Of a stretch of 64,000 nucleotides of DNA, positions 18,987 through 28,600 are shown piece by piece. The DNA comes from Halioglobus sp. (GTDB taxonomy: Bacteria; Pseudomonadota; Gammaproteobacteria; Pseudomonadales; Halieaceae). Within the stretch, counting starts at the first letter, position 1. Each line of letters starts with the position of its first letter. The stretch is taken from contig CBDDGB010000002.1 in the NCBI GenBank assembly GCA_965227435.1, positions 678,181-742,180 of the forward strand, in the 5' to 3' direction. The position numbers and the translations under genes were made by a program. Below the pieces are notes generated by a model. The model saw nothing but the letters and a program-made list of their open reading frames with translations, searched no databases and was not told the DNA's origin.

Positions 18987-19859
18987 ATGCACCAGAGTCT
19001 CCTGAGCTGGCAGCGCTTTCGCTATCTCTACGTGGCGCTCACCGTTGCAGTGGTGAGCATCCTCCTGTACGCGACCCAGGGCGGCAACTCGGCACAGCCT
19101 CCCAACGGCGGCACCTGGCAGGGCTACGTGCTCGGCACGGTAGGCGCACTGCTGATTGTCTGGCTCAGCCTGCTGGGCGTGCGCAAGCGCCAATACAGCT
19201 CCAACGTGGGTTCAGTGCAGGGCTGGGCCTCCGCGCATGTCTACCTGGGTATCGCGCTGTTGCTCGTCGCTACGCTGCACTGTGCCGCGCAGTTCGGGTG
19301 GAATGTACACACGCTGGCCTATGTGCTGATGTGCCTCGTGATCGGCACAGGCATCTACGGACTCTACGTTTACCTGCACCTTCCGCGTGCGCTGGCGCGC
19401 AACCACGCGGGGCGCGACGCGCAGAGCTGGATGAAAGAGCTCAGCGAAGTCGACGATGGCATCCGCGACGCAGCGAGCAAGGTCGACGCCGACCTGCAGT
19501 CCATGACGCTGAGCGCACTGGACCACACCCGACTGGGCGGCGGAGTCATGGCGCAGCTGTTTGCCCAGGACCGTTGCCGCGTGCGACAGGGTGGCAGCCT
19601 CGTGTCCAACAGCGGGCAGGACGTCATGATCAACGAGCTCTCGCGGCGCATACCCGATGCCAGCCGGGTCTCGGAAGCCGAAGTGCTGATCGAGCTACTG
19701 TCGATGTTTGGTCGTCGGCAGGTGATCCTGCAGCTGTTGCGCAAGGACGTGCAATACCGTGCACTCCTCAAGGTGTGGCTCTATTTCCACGTGCCCCTGA
19801 CGATGGCCCTACTCGTGGCCCTCACAGTGCACATTATTGTTGTCTTCCTCTACTGGTAG
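18987..19859 (+). CDS. Integral membrane protein, ferric-reductase-like putative di-heme b
   Basis: About 5 TM helices; His pairs HVYLGIALLLVATLH and HVPLTMALLVALTVH. Confidence 0.75.
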   Translation: MHQSLLSWQRFRYLYVALTVAVVSILLYATQGGNSAQPPNGGTWQGYVLGTVGALLIVWLSLLGVRKRQYSSNVGSVQGWASAHVYLGIALLLVATLHCAAQFGWNVHTLAYVLMCLVIGTGIYGLYVYLHLPRALARNHAGRDAQSWMKELSEVDDGIRDAASKVDADLQSMTLSALDHTRLGGGVMAQLFAQDRCRVRQGGSLVSNSGQDVMINELSRRIPDASRVSEAEVLIELLSMFGRRQVILQLLRKDVQYRALLKVWLYFHVPLTMALLVALTVHIIVVFLYW

Positions 19860-19863
19860 CGCC

Positions 19864-21594
19864 GTGCACTATCTGATCAGAACTCTCACGGGACGCGGCG
19901 GCGACACAGCCCTCGACACAGAGTACTCCGCTGACCAGCTGACGCTCGGCAGCGGTGACAAAGACACGGTGCAGCTGCCCGGCCTCTCCGGCCAGCTCAG
20001 GTTCAGCCCCTCGGGTGATGGCAGCGCAAGTTTCTCCGCCAAGGGCATCAAGGCCACCATAGGCAGCGACACCACCGCCAAGGCAAAGGTCGCGATAGGC
20101 GACCAACTCAAGGTACCTGGCTATGCGATCGAGGTCATCGCGGCGCCCACAGGCTTCGACTTTGCACTGCAGATTGCCTCGGAAGGCGTCAGCTACGCCG
20201 ACAGCATGGATATCGGCGAACGCCTGTGGAGCATGCGCCGCTCCAGCTGGCTTCTCGCGTCACTGGTGCTTGTTCTTTGCTTCATTATTCCACTTGGCGT
20301 GCTGCTTTCACCCGACACGGCCAAAACGCTGCGGGATGCACCGCTGCCCGACGACGGCATGTGGTCCAGCGGCCCGCTGATCAGCGCGCACTCAACAGCG
20401 GGCATAGCGGAGGACTGCCAGTCCTGCCATACAACCCCGTTCGTCATGGTGGAAGACCAGGCCTGCCTGGACTGTCACCGCGACATCAAGGAACACGTGG
20501 ACATCGGCATACACGGCGCGGAGGACTTTGCAGACGTACGCTGTGCCACCTGTCACCGCGAGCACAATGAACCCGCTGCCCTGGTGCGCACAGACAACGG
20601 CCTCTGCGTCGACTGCCACGCCGAGCCCGCCCGTTTCCCGAAAGCCGAGGGTATGGCCGAGGCGCACAAGTTCACGGCCGACGATCACCCCGAGTTTCGC
20701 ATCGATCTTCTGGTACCCAAGGGTCGCGGCGGCTCCATGACCTGGGTGCGCGAGGCGCGCCGGCTTAACGAACCGGGTCTCGTGGAGCAGTCCGGGCTCA
20801 AGTTCAATCACGATGTGCACATGAACCCTGCCAAGGTGAAAGACCTTGTCACCGACGAGGCGCTGGTGTGCGACAGCTGTCACCAGCTTGAGGCGGACAA
20901 CGAGCACTTCGCGCCCATCACCATGGACGGCGAGTGTCGCAGCTGTCACGAACTGACCTTCGACAAGTTCGCACCCAAGATGGAGTTGCCGCACGGCAAC
21001 ACCGAAGCCGCCCTCGTGGCTATGGAAGCGCACTATATTCGCCAGTTTACCGACCCGGAACTGCGCGCCAAACGCTCCAGCGTTCGCGGTTCGGACTCCA
21101 GGCGCCGTAAGCCCGGCAGCAAGCGCAATGAAGGTGAAACCTGCGAAGGCACACCCTTCGAGTGCGGCCGCCAGGAAACCGCCCGACAAGCCGGGGTACA
21201 GTTCAGCAAAACAGGCTGTGTAACCTGCCACAACGTGGTTGATTCCGAGAGCGACAACCTTCTCGACCGCTACTACGTGCAGCCGGTGAAAATCACGGGC
21301 GACTGGTACACGGGCAACCGCTTCGACCATCGCGCCCATATGGCCTTCCGGGGCGAGAACCAGGACGAGGTCTGCATGACCTGCCACGAGGTCATGACCT
21401 CTTCGGTGTCGGAGGACATCCTGATACCCGGCCGCGACAACTGCCTTGCGTGTCACGACGACAACCTGGGCGACACCACCGTTTACTGCGTCAGCTGTCA
21501 CGCATTCCACCTGCCCGCGGGCACACTGTCGACCGAGAGCCGCAACATCGGCTCGATGTCCGGGAGTCCACATGGCAGCACTGAGGGAGAATAA
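19864..21594 (+). CDS. Membrane-anchored decaheme c-type cytochrome with FHA-like N-terminus
   Basis: 10 CxxCH motifs; TM WLLASLVLVLCFIIPLGVLL; GTG start at 19864 preferred over TTG 19837. Confidence 0.88.
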   Translation: MHYLIRTLTGRGGDTALDTEYSADQLTLGSGDKDTVQLPGLSGQLRFSPSGDGSASFSAKGIKATIGSDTTAKAKVAIGDQLKVPGYAIEVIAAPTGFDFALQIASEGVSYADSMDIGERLWSMRRSSWLLASLVLVLCFIIPLGVLLSPDTAKTLRDAPLPDDGMWSSGPLISAHSTAGIAEDCQSCHTTPFVMVEDQACLDCHRDIKEHVDIGIHGAEDFADVRCATCHREHNEPAALVRTDNGLCVDCHAEPARFPKAEGMAEAHKFTADDHPEFRIDLLVPKGRGGSMTWVREARRLNEPGLVEQSGLKFNHDVHMNPAKVKDLVTDEALVCDSCHQLEADNEHFAPITMDGECRSCHELTFDKFAPKMELPHGNTEAALVAMEAHYIRQFTDPELRAKRSSVRGSDSRRRKPGSKRNEGETCEGTPFECGRQETARQAGVQFSKTGCVTCHNVVDSESDNLLDRYYVQPVKITGDWYTGNRFDHRAHMAFRGENQDEVCMTCHEVMTSSVSEDILIPGRDNCLACHDDNLGDTTVYCVSCHAFHLPAGTLSTESRNIGSMSGSPHGSTEGE

Positions 21595-21597
21595 AAC

Positions 21598-23793
21598 ATG
21601 AAATGGCGTGCACTATTGCTCAGCGGGGTTCTTGTCCTCGGAGCCTGCGGAGGCGGCGGAGGTAGCGGCGCACCGGGCCAGGGTTCAGCACCCGGCGATG
21701 ACCCTGCCGGTCGTTCATGCGACGGCTTCTGCGCAGATGCGGGCGCACCGATCTTCCTGACCCAGGCAGACGTCAAACGCATTCTCGCGCAGGCCGTGCA
21801 CCAGGCCGATGCGCTCGGCGCAGAGCAGGTCACCGTCGCCGTTGTCGACCGCGTTGGCAACGTGCTCGCCATCCACCAGAAAGGCGGCGGACAGATTCTG
21901 CGGGTCACCACCGACGACCCCAACGAGGTGCGCGCCGCCCTCGACGGCCTGACGATTCCAGCGGAGTTCAGCCCGGACACGCTCGCAGCCCTGGCCAAGG
22001 CGATAACCGGCGCCTATCTGTCGAGTGAAGGCAATGCCTTCACCACGCGCACCGCGAACCAGATTGTGCAGGAGCACTTCAACCCCGGCGAACGCAACCA
22101 GCCCAGCGGGCCGCTGTTTGGCGTGCAGTTCAGCCAGCTCGCCTGCTCCGACTTCATGATGCGCGCCACCGGCAACGGTGTCAGCGTGGGCCCGCACCGC
22201 TCTCCCCTCGGTATGTCTGCTGACCCGGGCGGCCTGCCGCTCTACAAGGACGGCACGGTAGTCGGCGGCATTGGCGTTCTGTCCGATGGGCTCTACAGCG
22301 TCGATAAGAACATCCTCAACAACGACCGCGACAACGACGAAATGATCGCGGTGGCCGGCTCCTTCGGCTTCGCAGCGCCCAAACCGCGCCGCGCCGATCG
22401 CATCACGGTCGAGGGCAAGACATTCCGCTATGCGGACGTAGACTTTGACAACCTGCCCGTGTCGCCCGAAGACGCGCCTGCCTACGAGAACGTTGGCGGC
22501 ATGCTGGTCGGCGTTAACGGCTATTACACTGTGACTGGCGACGACGACGCCGACATACTCGCGGGCACGGCGTTTACAACACCCGCCTCCGGCGTTCGCG
22601 CAGTCCAGGCCGGCGACTACCCCGCACAGGACGTCGCCGACTTCCAGGAACTGCAGGCCTTTACCTTCGTCGACCAGAACAACGCCGTCCGCTTCCCGCC
22701 CATCGATGGCACAGACGCCGCACAGCTTGCCCAGAATGGCGGCGCCGCGCCGATCAGCGCCGAGGAAGTCACGCAGCTGATGAAGAACGCCCTTGGCGTT
22801 GCACTGCGCGGCCGCGCGCAGATCCGCACCCCCCAGGGCACGCCGATTCGGGTAACCATCTCTATCGTCGACTCGCAGGGCACCATTCTCGGCATGATGC
22901 GAACCCGCGACGGCCCGATTTTCGGGTCTGACGTGTCACTGCAGAAAGCGCGCACCGCCGCCTTCTTCTCATCGACAGATGCCGCCGATGTCCTGCGCTC
23001 AATCGACGACCTGACATTCATTCCGCGACTTGAGGTAGAAGGCCTGCCGCCGCTCGGACCCGTTCCCAACCTGCAGTACATCGAGATCGACCCGGAGCTG
23101 GTTCCACCAGGACTCCCGGTACTGCGAACCTATAGCACGCCGGTCTTTTTCGCAGATTACGTGACAGCCGCCAAGGAGTTCATCGGCCCCACTGCACTTG
23201 AGGACGGTGTGGCCTTTGCAGATCGCTCCGGCGGTAACCTCTCGCGGCCCTTTTATCCCGACGGGATTCGCAATACCGCAAACGGTCCGTTCAGCAAGCC
23301 ATTTGAGCTGGCCGACCCGGGCAGCGTCGAGTGGAGCGTCTTCTCTAGCGGACTGCAGCTCGACCTCGTGCTCGGGCGAGTGCTGCAGCACGCGCTGTTC
23401 TCGCTGGGCGACCCCCGAGTCCCTGACGTTGGCGACAACTGCATCGGCGTTGAGGCGGAAGCACCCCGACGCATCAATAACGGCATCCAGATCTTCCCGG
23501 GCTCGGTGCCCATTTTCCGAGGTGACCAGCTGGTTGGCGCCATCGGTATCTCGGGCGACGGTATCGACCAGGACGACATGATTTCATTCCTCGGGCTGCA
23601 CGAGGCTGGCCTCGCGCTGACGGAAGCGCGACAGGCGGAGGTCGACGCCGGCACGTATACGCCGATCGGCAATGCACCAAAGGATATGCGTGCTGACCAG
23701 CTGCAGCCCAAGGGCGAGCGCTTGCGCTATATCCAGTGCCCGCAAACACCATTTATAGGTAGCAGCGAAAACTTCGTCTGCGACGGCAAATAG
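21598..23793 (+). CDS. Lipoprotein with two GlcG/HbpS-like heme-binding domains
   Basis: Lipobox LGAC; repeats VTVAVVD..G / LAKAITGA / GGLPLYKDGTVVGGIGV and VTISIVD..G / LQKARTAA / GSVPIFRGDQLVGAIGISG. Confidence 0.85.
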   Translation: MKWRALLLSGVLVLGACGGGGGSGAPGQGSAPGDDPAGRSCDGFCADAGAPIFLTQADVKRILAQAVHQADALGAEQVTVAVVDRVGNVLAIHQKGGGQILRVTTDDPNEVRAALDGLTIPAEFSPDTLAALAKAITGAYLSSEGNAFTTRTANQIVQEHFNPGERNQPSGPLFGVQFSQLACSDFMMRATGNGVSVGPHRSPLGMSADPGGLPLYKDGTVVGGIGVLSDGLYSVDKNILNNDRDNDEMIAVAGSFGFAAPKPRRADRITVEGKTFRYADVDFDNLPVSPEDAPAYENVGGMLVGVNGYYTVTGDDDADILAGTAFTTPASGVRAVQAGDYPAQDVADFQELQAFTFVDQNNAVRFPPIDGTDAAQLAQNGGAAPISAEEVTQLMKNALGVALRGRAQIRTPQGTPIRVTISIVDSQGTILGMMRTRDGPIFGSDVSLQKARTAAFFSSTDAADVLRSIDDLTFIPRLEVEGLPPLGPVPNLQYIEIDPELVPPGLPVLRTYSTPVFFADYVTAAKEFIGPTALEDGVAFADRSGGNLSRPFYPDGIRNTANGPFSKPFELADPGSVEWSVFSSGLQLDLVLGRVLQHALFSLGDPRVPDVGDNCIGVEAEAPRRINNGIQIFPGSVPIFRGDQLVGAIGISGDGIDQDDMISFLGLHEAGLALTEARQAEVDAGTYTPIGNAPKDMRADQLQPKGERLRYIQCPQTPFIGSSENFVCDGK

Positions 23794-23803
23794 GGACAGG
23801 GGG

Positions 23804-25684
23804 ATGAACGTGAAGAGAAGCCTACTGTACTCCGCTCTGGTCGCCGGCGTTACCGGCCTGACCAGCCTGTCCACTCCCGCGCTGGCGCAGGATGGCCTGG
23901 AGGCGGCCGAGAGCGCTGCCGAGGCCAGTGACGATCGCCGCGACCGGCGCCGTCGCACGGGCCGCAGCAATCGCAACGACGATTACACGCGAGAGATCGT
24001 TGACGAGACCGCACCCGGCGGTATCCGCGAGGAAAAGGTCGAGAAGCGCACCGGCCCCGGGGCCAGTCGCAACGTACTGCCGCGCAAGTACCGCAACATT
24101 CCCAGGCCGCAGCAGGACCAGTTTGTGGACGCCGTCCCGATGCCAGATCGCTGGCGCATCATGGACAACTTTTACCCTGGCAATATGTGGGACCCGTACA
24201 ACAACCAGAACCTGATCAAGGGCGACGTGCCGCTGCACGACGACTGGTTTGTCAACGTTATCGCCATCAGCGACACGGTGCTGGAGTTTCGCCAGGTACC
24301 TACCCCGGTCGGGGTGCAAAGCACGCGGGACCCGGGGTCTCTTGATGTACTCGGCGCCACTGAACAGCTCACGTTCAACCAGAACTTCCCTATCGAGTTC
24401 GTTTACTACCAGGGCAACACCGTCTTTAAGCCACCGGACTGGGAATTCCGCTTCACGCCGGTGTTTAACTACAACTACACCGAGCTTGAAGAAATCACAG
24501 GGGTCAACGCCAACCCCGACGACGAGGCGCGGCGGCACGATGACCATATCGGCATTCAGACGCTGTTCGTCGACAAGCACCTGAGAAACGTATCCAATCG
24601 GTACGATTTCGATAGCCTGCGCGTGGGCATACAGCCCTTCTCCAGTGATTTCCGCGGTTTCTTGTTCCAGGATGTGCCGTTCGGTGTGCGCCTGTTCGGT
24701 ACACGCAACAACAACATCTTCCAGTACAATCTGGCCTGGTTCCGCCGCATGGAGAAGGACACCAACTCCGGCCTGAACGATGTCACGGAAGACCTACGCG
24801 ATGACGATGTGTTTATCGCCAACCTGTTCTGGCAGGACCTCGGGATCAAGGGTTTCTTCTCCCAGGGAACGATCGCCTACAACCGCAACCGTGAAGATTC
24901 TATCTTCTACGACAGCAACAACTTCATCCAGCGACCGGCCTCCATCGGCCAGGAACGCCCGCGTACGTACGATGTGTACTATCTGGGCTACAACGGCGAC
25001 GGGCACATCGGTCGCCTGAACCTGACGGTGTCGGCATACCTCGCGCTGGGTGAGGAGAACAACGGCGTATTCAACGGCGAGAACTCGGACATCGAGGCAT
25101 TCTTCTTCGCTGCCGAACCGGGCATCGACTTCGACTGGATTCGCCTGCGCGGTTCATTCCTGTATGGCTCGGGCGACGACGATCCCTTTGACAACAAGTC
25201 AACGGGCTTCGACGCGATCTTCGAGAACCCGCAGTTCGCGGGTGCCGACACCAGCTACTGGATTCGCCAGGGCGTGCCGCTGATCGGCGGTGGCCGTGTG
25301 GCGTTGCAACAGCGCAACGGCGTGCTGAATTCGCTGGAGTCCTCGAAGGAACACGGTCAGTCCAACTTCACCAACCCCGGTGTGATCCTTGTCGGCGGTG
25401 GTGTCGACCTGGACATCCTGCCGGAGTTCCGACTCAGCTTTAACGCCAATTACCTGGCGTTTGCCGAGACGGAAGTCCTGGAAGTTGCGCGCGCCCAGTC
25501 TAACGTCGATGAGGAAATCGGCTATGACTTGTCAGCGGCGATTATCTGGCGTCCGTTCATGAGCCAGAATATCGTGGTGCGATTGTCCTACGCGCAGCTG
25601 ATCGCCGGCGATGGGTTCCAGGACCTGTACGGCGATGAGGACGACCCCTACTCCATCCTGCTCAACACGACACTGACCTTCTGA
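23804..25684 (+). CDS. Putative outer-membrane beta-barrel protein
   Basis: Signal peptide (..TPALA), alternating amphipathic strands, C-terminal LLNTTLTF. Confidence 0.8.
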   Translation: MNVKRSLLYSALVAGVTGLTSLSTPALAQDGLEAAESAAEASDDRRDRRRRTGRSNRNDDYTREIVDETAPGGIREEKVEKRTGPGASRNVLPRKYRNIPRPQQDQFVDAVPMPDRWRIMDNFYPGNMWDPYNNQNLIKGDVPLHDDWFVNVIAISDTVLEFRQVPTPVGVQSTRDPGSLDVLGATEQLTFNQNFPIEFVYYQGNTVFKPPDWEFRFTPVFNYNYTELEEITGVNANPDDEARRHDDHIGIQTLFVDKHLRNVSNRYDFDSLRVGIQPFSSDFRGFLFQDVPFGVRLFGTRNNNIFQYNLAWFRRMEKDTNSGLNDVTEDLRDDDVFIANLFWQDLGIKGFFSQGTIAYNRNREDSIFYDSNNFIQRPASIGQERPRTYDVYYLGYNGDGHIGRLNLTVSAYLALGEENNGVFNGENSDIEAFFFAAEPGIDFDWIRLRGSFLYGSGDDDPFDNKSTGFDAIFENPQFAGADTSYWIRQGVPLIGGGRVALQQRNGVLNSLESSKEHGQSNFTNPGVILVGGGVDLDILPEFRLSFNANYLAFAETEVLEVARAQSNVDEEIGYDLSAAIIWRPFMSQNIVVRLSYAQLIAGDGFQDLYGDEDDPYSILLNTTLTF

Positions 25685-25693
25685 GTGACTGCC

Positions 25694-28600
25694 ATGAGAA
25701 TCTCGACAATAAAACTCCGTAGCCTCTCTACCATCGGCCGTCTCGCGGCGGTCGCACTGGTGGCAGGTCTCGCATGGGCCGGCCCGGCAAGTGCCGCCTC
25801 AAAGCTCGTTGCCGTGGAGCGGGATTACATCACCGCACCAGATGCACCACCGAGCCAGAAGGCAGCAGCGGTCACGGCAAAGTCGGAAGGGTGCGAAAGC
25901 TGCCACACGGCAACGGACCAGAAGACCATGCACGCCAACCCGGCAGTCAAGCTGGGCTGTACGGACTGCCACGGCGGCAACGCCGAGGTCTTCCGGCCCG
26001 AAGGGTCATCGACGCTGGATGACGCGCCGTACCTCGCTGCCATGGAATCGGCGCACGTTCTGCCCCGCTACCCCGATGCCTGGCATTACCCCTCCAGCGC
26101 CAATCCCAAGCGCACCTATACGCTGCTCAACAAGGAAAGCCCGGAATTTGTGCGCTTTATTAATCCATCAGACTACCGGATTGCCCGGGAAGCCTGTGGC
26201 GCTTGCCACCTGCCGATCATCCAGGCCGCCGAACGCAGCCTGATGGCCACCTCCGCCATGCTCTGGGGTGGTGCCGCGTACAACAACGGTATCCTGCCGT
26301 TCAAACGCTACATCCTTGGTGAGGCCTACAACCGTGAAGGTGTCGGCACGAGCCTACAGAACCCGATCGAGCCGACCGAGGAAATGATTCAGGCGAGCAT
26401 TCTGCCGCAGATCTTCCCACTGCCCGCCTGGGAGACCATCCACCCCGGCGATATCTTCCGTGTTTTCGAACGCGGCGGCCGCAACATCAGCAACCTGTTC
26501 CCGGAAACCGGGCTGCCCAATGCGCTCGGACTACTGCAACGTATTGAGGAACCGGGACGGCCCGACTTCCGCCAATCCAACCGCGGACCGGGTACAGGCG
26601 CACGTATCGCGGTACCCGTGATCAACATTACCAAGACGCGACTCAACGATCCGCACACCTGGTTTATGGGCACCAACGACCAGCCCGGCGACTTCCGCCA
26701 CTCGGGCTGTGCATCGTGTCACGTGGTGTACGCGAACGACCGCGATCCGCGTCACTCCGCAGGCTACAGCCAGTTCGGCCACACCGGGCGCACGCAGACG
26801 GCCGACCCCACCATTTCCAAGGAAGAAAAGGGTCACCCGCTCAAGCATGAGTTCACACGTGCGATTCCGACCAGCCAGTGTATGTCCTGTCACATGCACC
26901 AGCCGAACATGTTCATCAATACGTACCTCGGCTACACGATGTGGGATTACGAATCGGATGCGCCGCGCATGTGGCCCGAAGAGCAGTTCTACCCCACGGA
27001 CGAAGAACGCCACAACACGCTGGAACGCAACCCGGAGGGCGCTGCACCGCGTGGCAAGTGGAAGGACATCGAGTTCGTAGAACAGGTGTCTGAAATGAAT
27101 GACCAGATGCAGGACACCCAGTTCGCCGACTATCACGGTCACGGGTGGAACTTCCGGGCGATCTTCAAGCGCGACCGCGTGGGCAACCTGCTGGACGCTG
27201 AGGGTAATATCGTCAGTGACGATGACCCCGAAAAGTTCGACAAGGCGGTGCACATGTCCTCGATCCACGTGGATGTGGGAATGCACTGTGTCGACTGTCA
27301 CTTCGCGCAGGATAACCACGGTAACGGGCATATTTACGGAGAGGTCGCGGCCGCCGTCGAGATCGACTGTAAAGACTGCCACGGCTCTGCCGACGCCTAC
27401 CCGAACCTCTACACCTCGGGACCGGCCGCACTCGAGGGCGGCACGAACCTGGGTGCTATTCGCAACCCGGACGGCCGCAGACGCTTTGAGTGGATTGGCG
27501 ACAAGCTGATACAGCGCTCGGTGCTGAACCCCGATCTTGAGTGGGAGATGAGCCTCGTCAAGGACACGGTGACACCTGGCCACGCCAGCTACAACAAGAA
27601 GGCGGCCCGCTCCAAGCTCATGAGCGACGACACCGAGAAGCAGAACTGGGGCCTCAGTGTTGCCAACGAAGACCGGGCGCACTCGGATGACGACATCGAG
27701 TGTTACACCTGCCACACGTCCTGGACAACAAGCTGTGGTGGTTGTCACCTGCCCATCGAGGCGAACAACAAGACAGAACGTCATCACTACGAGGGCGGCG
27801 AAACGAGGAACTATGCCACCTACAACCCACAGGTGGCGCGCGACCAGATCTTTATGATCGGACGGCGCGAAACGGCGAAAGGCGGCAAGATCGCGCCGGT
27901 ACGCTCTACCTCGGCGCTGGTGTTGTCTTCCACCAACTCCAACCGCGAGAAGATCTACGTACAGCAGCCGCCGATCGCATCGTCTGGCTACAGCTCGCAG
28001 GCCATGAACCCGCACTTCCCGCACACGGCGCGTAAGACCGAGACTCGCGTGTGTGACGACTGTCACCTCTCGAAAGAGAAAGACAACAACGCGATCATGG
28101 CGCAAACGCTGATGTACGGCACCGACTTCATCGACCTGCTCGGTTACCACGCTTACGTGGGCGGTGAAGAACACATTACGCCTGTACAGGTCACGGAGTG
28201 GCAGGAACCGCAGGCGGTAATCGGCAGCTATCTGCAGCGTTACGCCTACCCCGACTACTTCGGTGAACACCAGGCGAATGGCAAAGTGCTGAAACACGCC
28301 TACCCGCACGGCAGCGGCCGCGCGGCGTGCATCCAGCTACGCGGTGAATACCTCTTCGTAGCCGAGGGTGATCGCGGCATGCAGGTGTACGATGCCGCCA
28401 GCGTCGGCAACAAGGGTATCTCGCAACGCGTGATAACCGCGCCGTTCAGCCCGCTGGGCCACGACACGCGCATCGAGAGCAAGAACGCCACCTGCGTTGC
28501 CCTCTCGACGACCCAGCCTGTCGCACCGGAGCGCAACGAGGGCGACCTGATGCGCGTGACCAACCAGGAGCAGCCGTTCCAGGCGCACTATACGTACGCG

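Noticed and set aside
25682-25696. Barrel stop TGA in frame with the decaheme-LVIVD gene (possible fusion by read-through)
   Set aside because: The barrel ends in a C-terminal Phe signal and the next gene has its own signal peptide; no Sec context.
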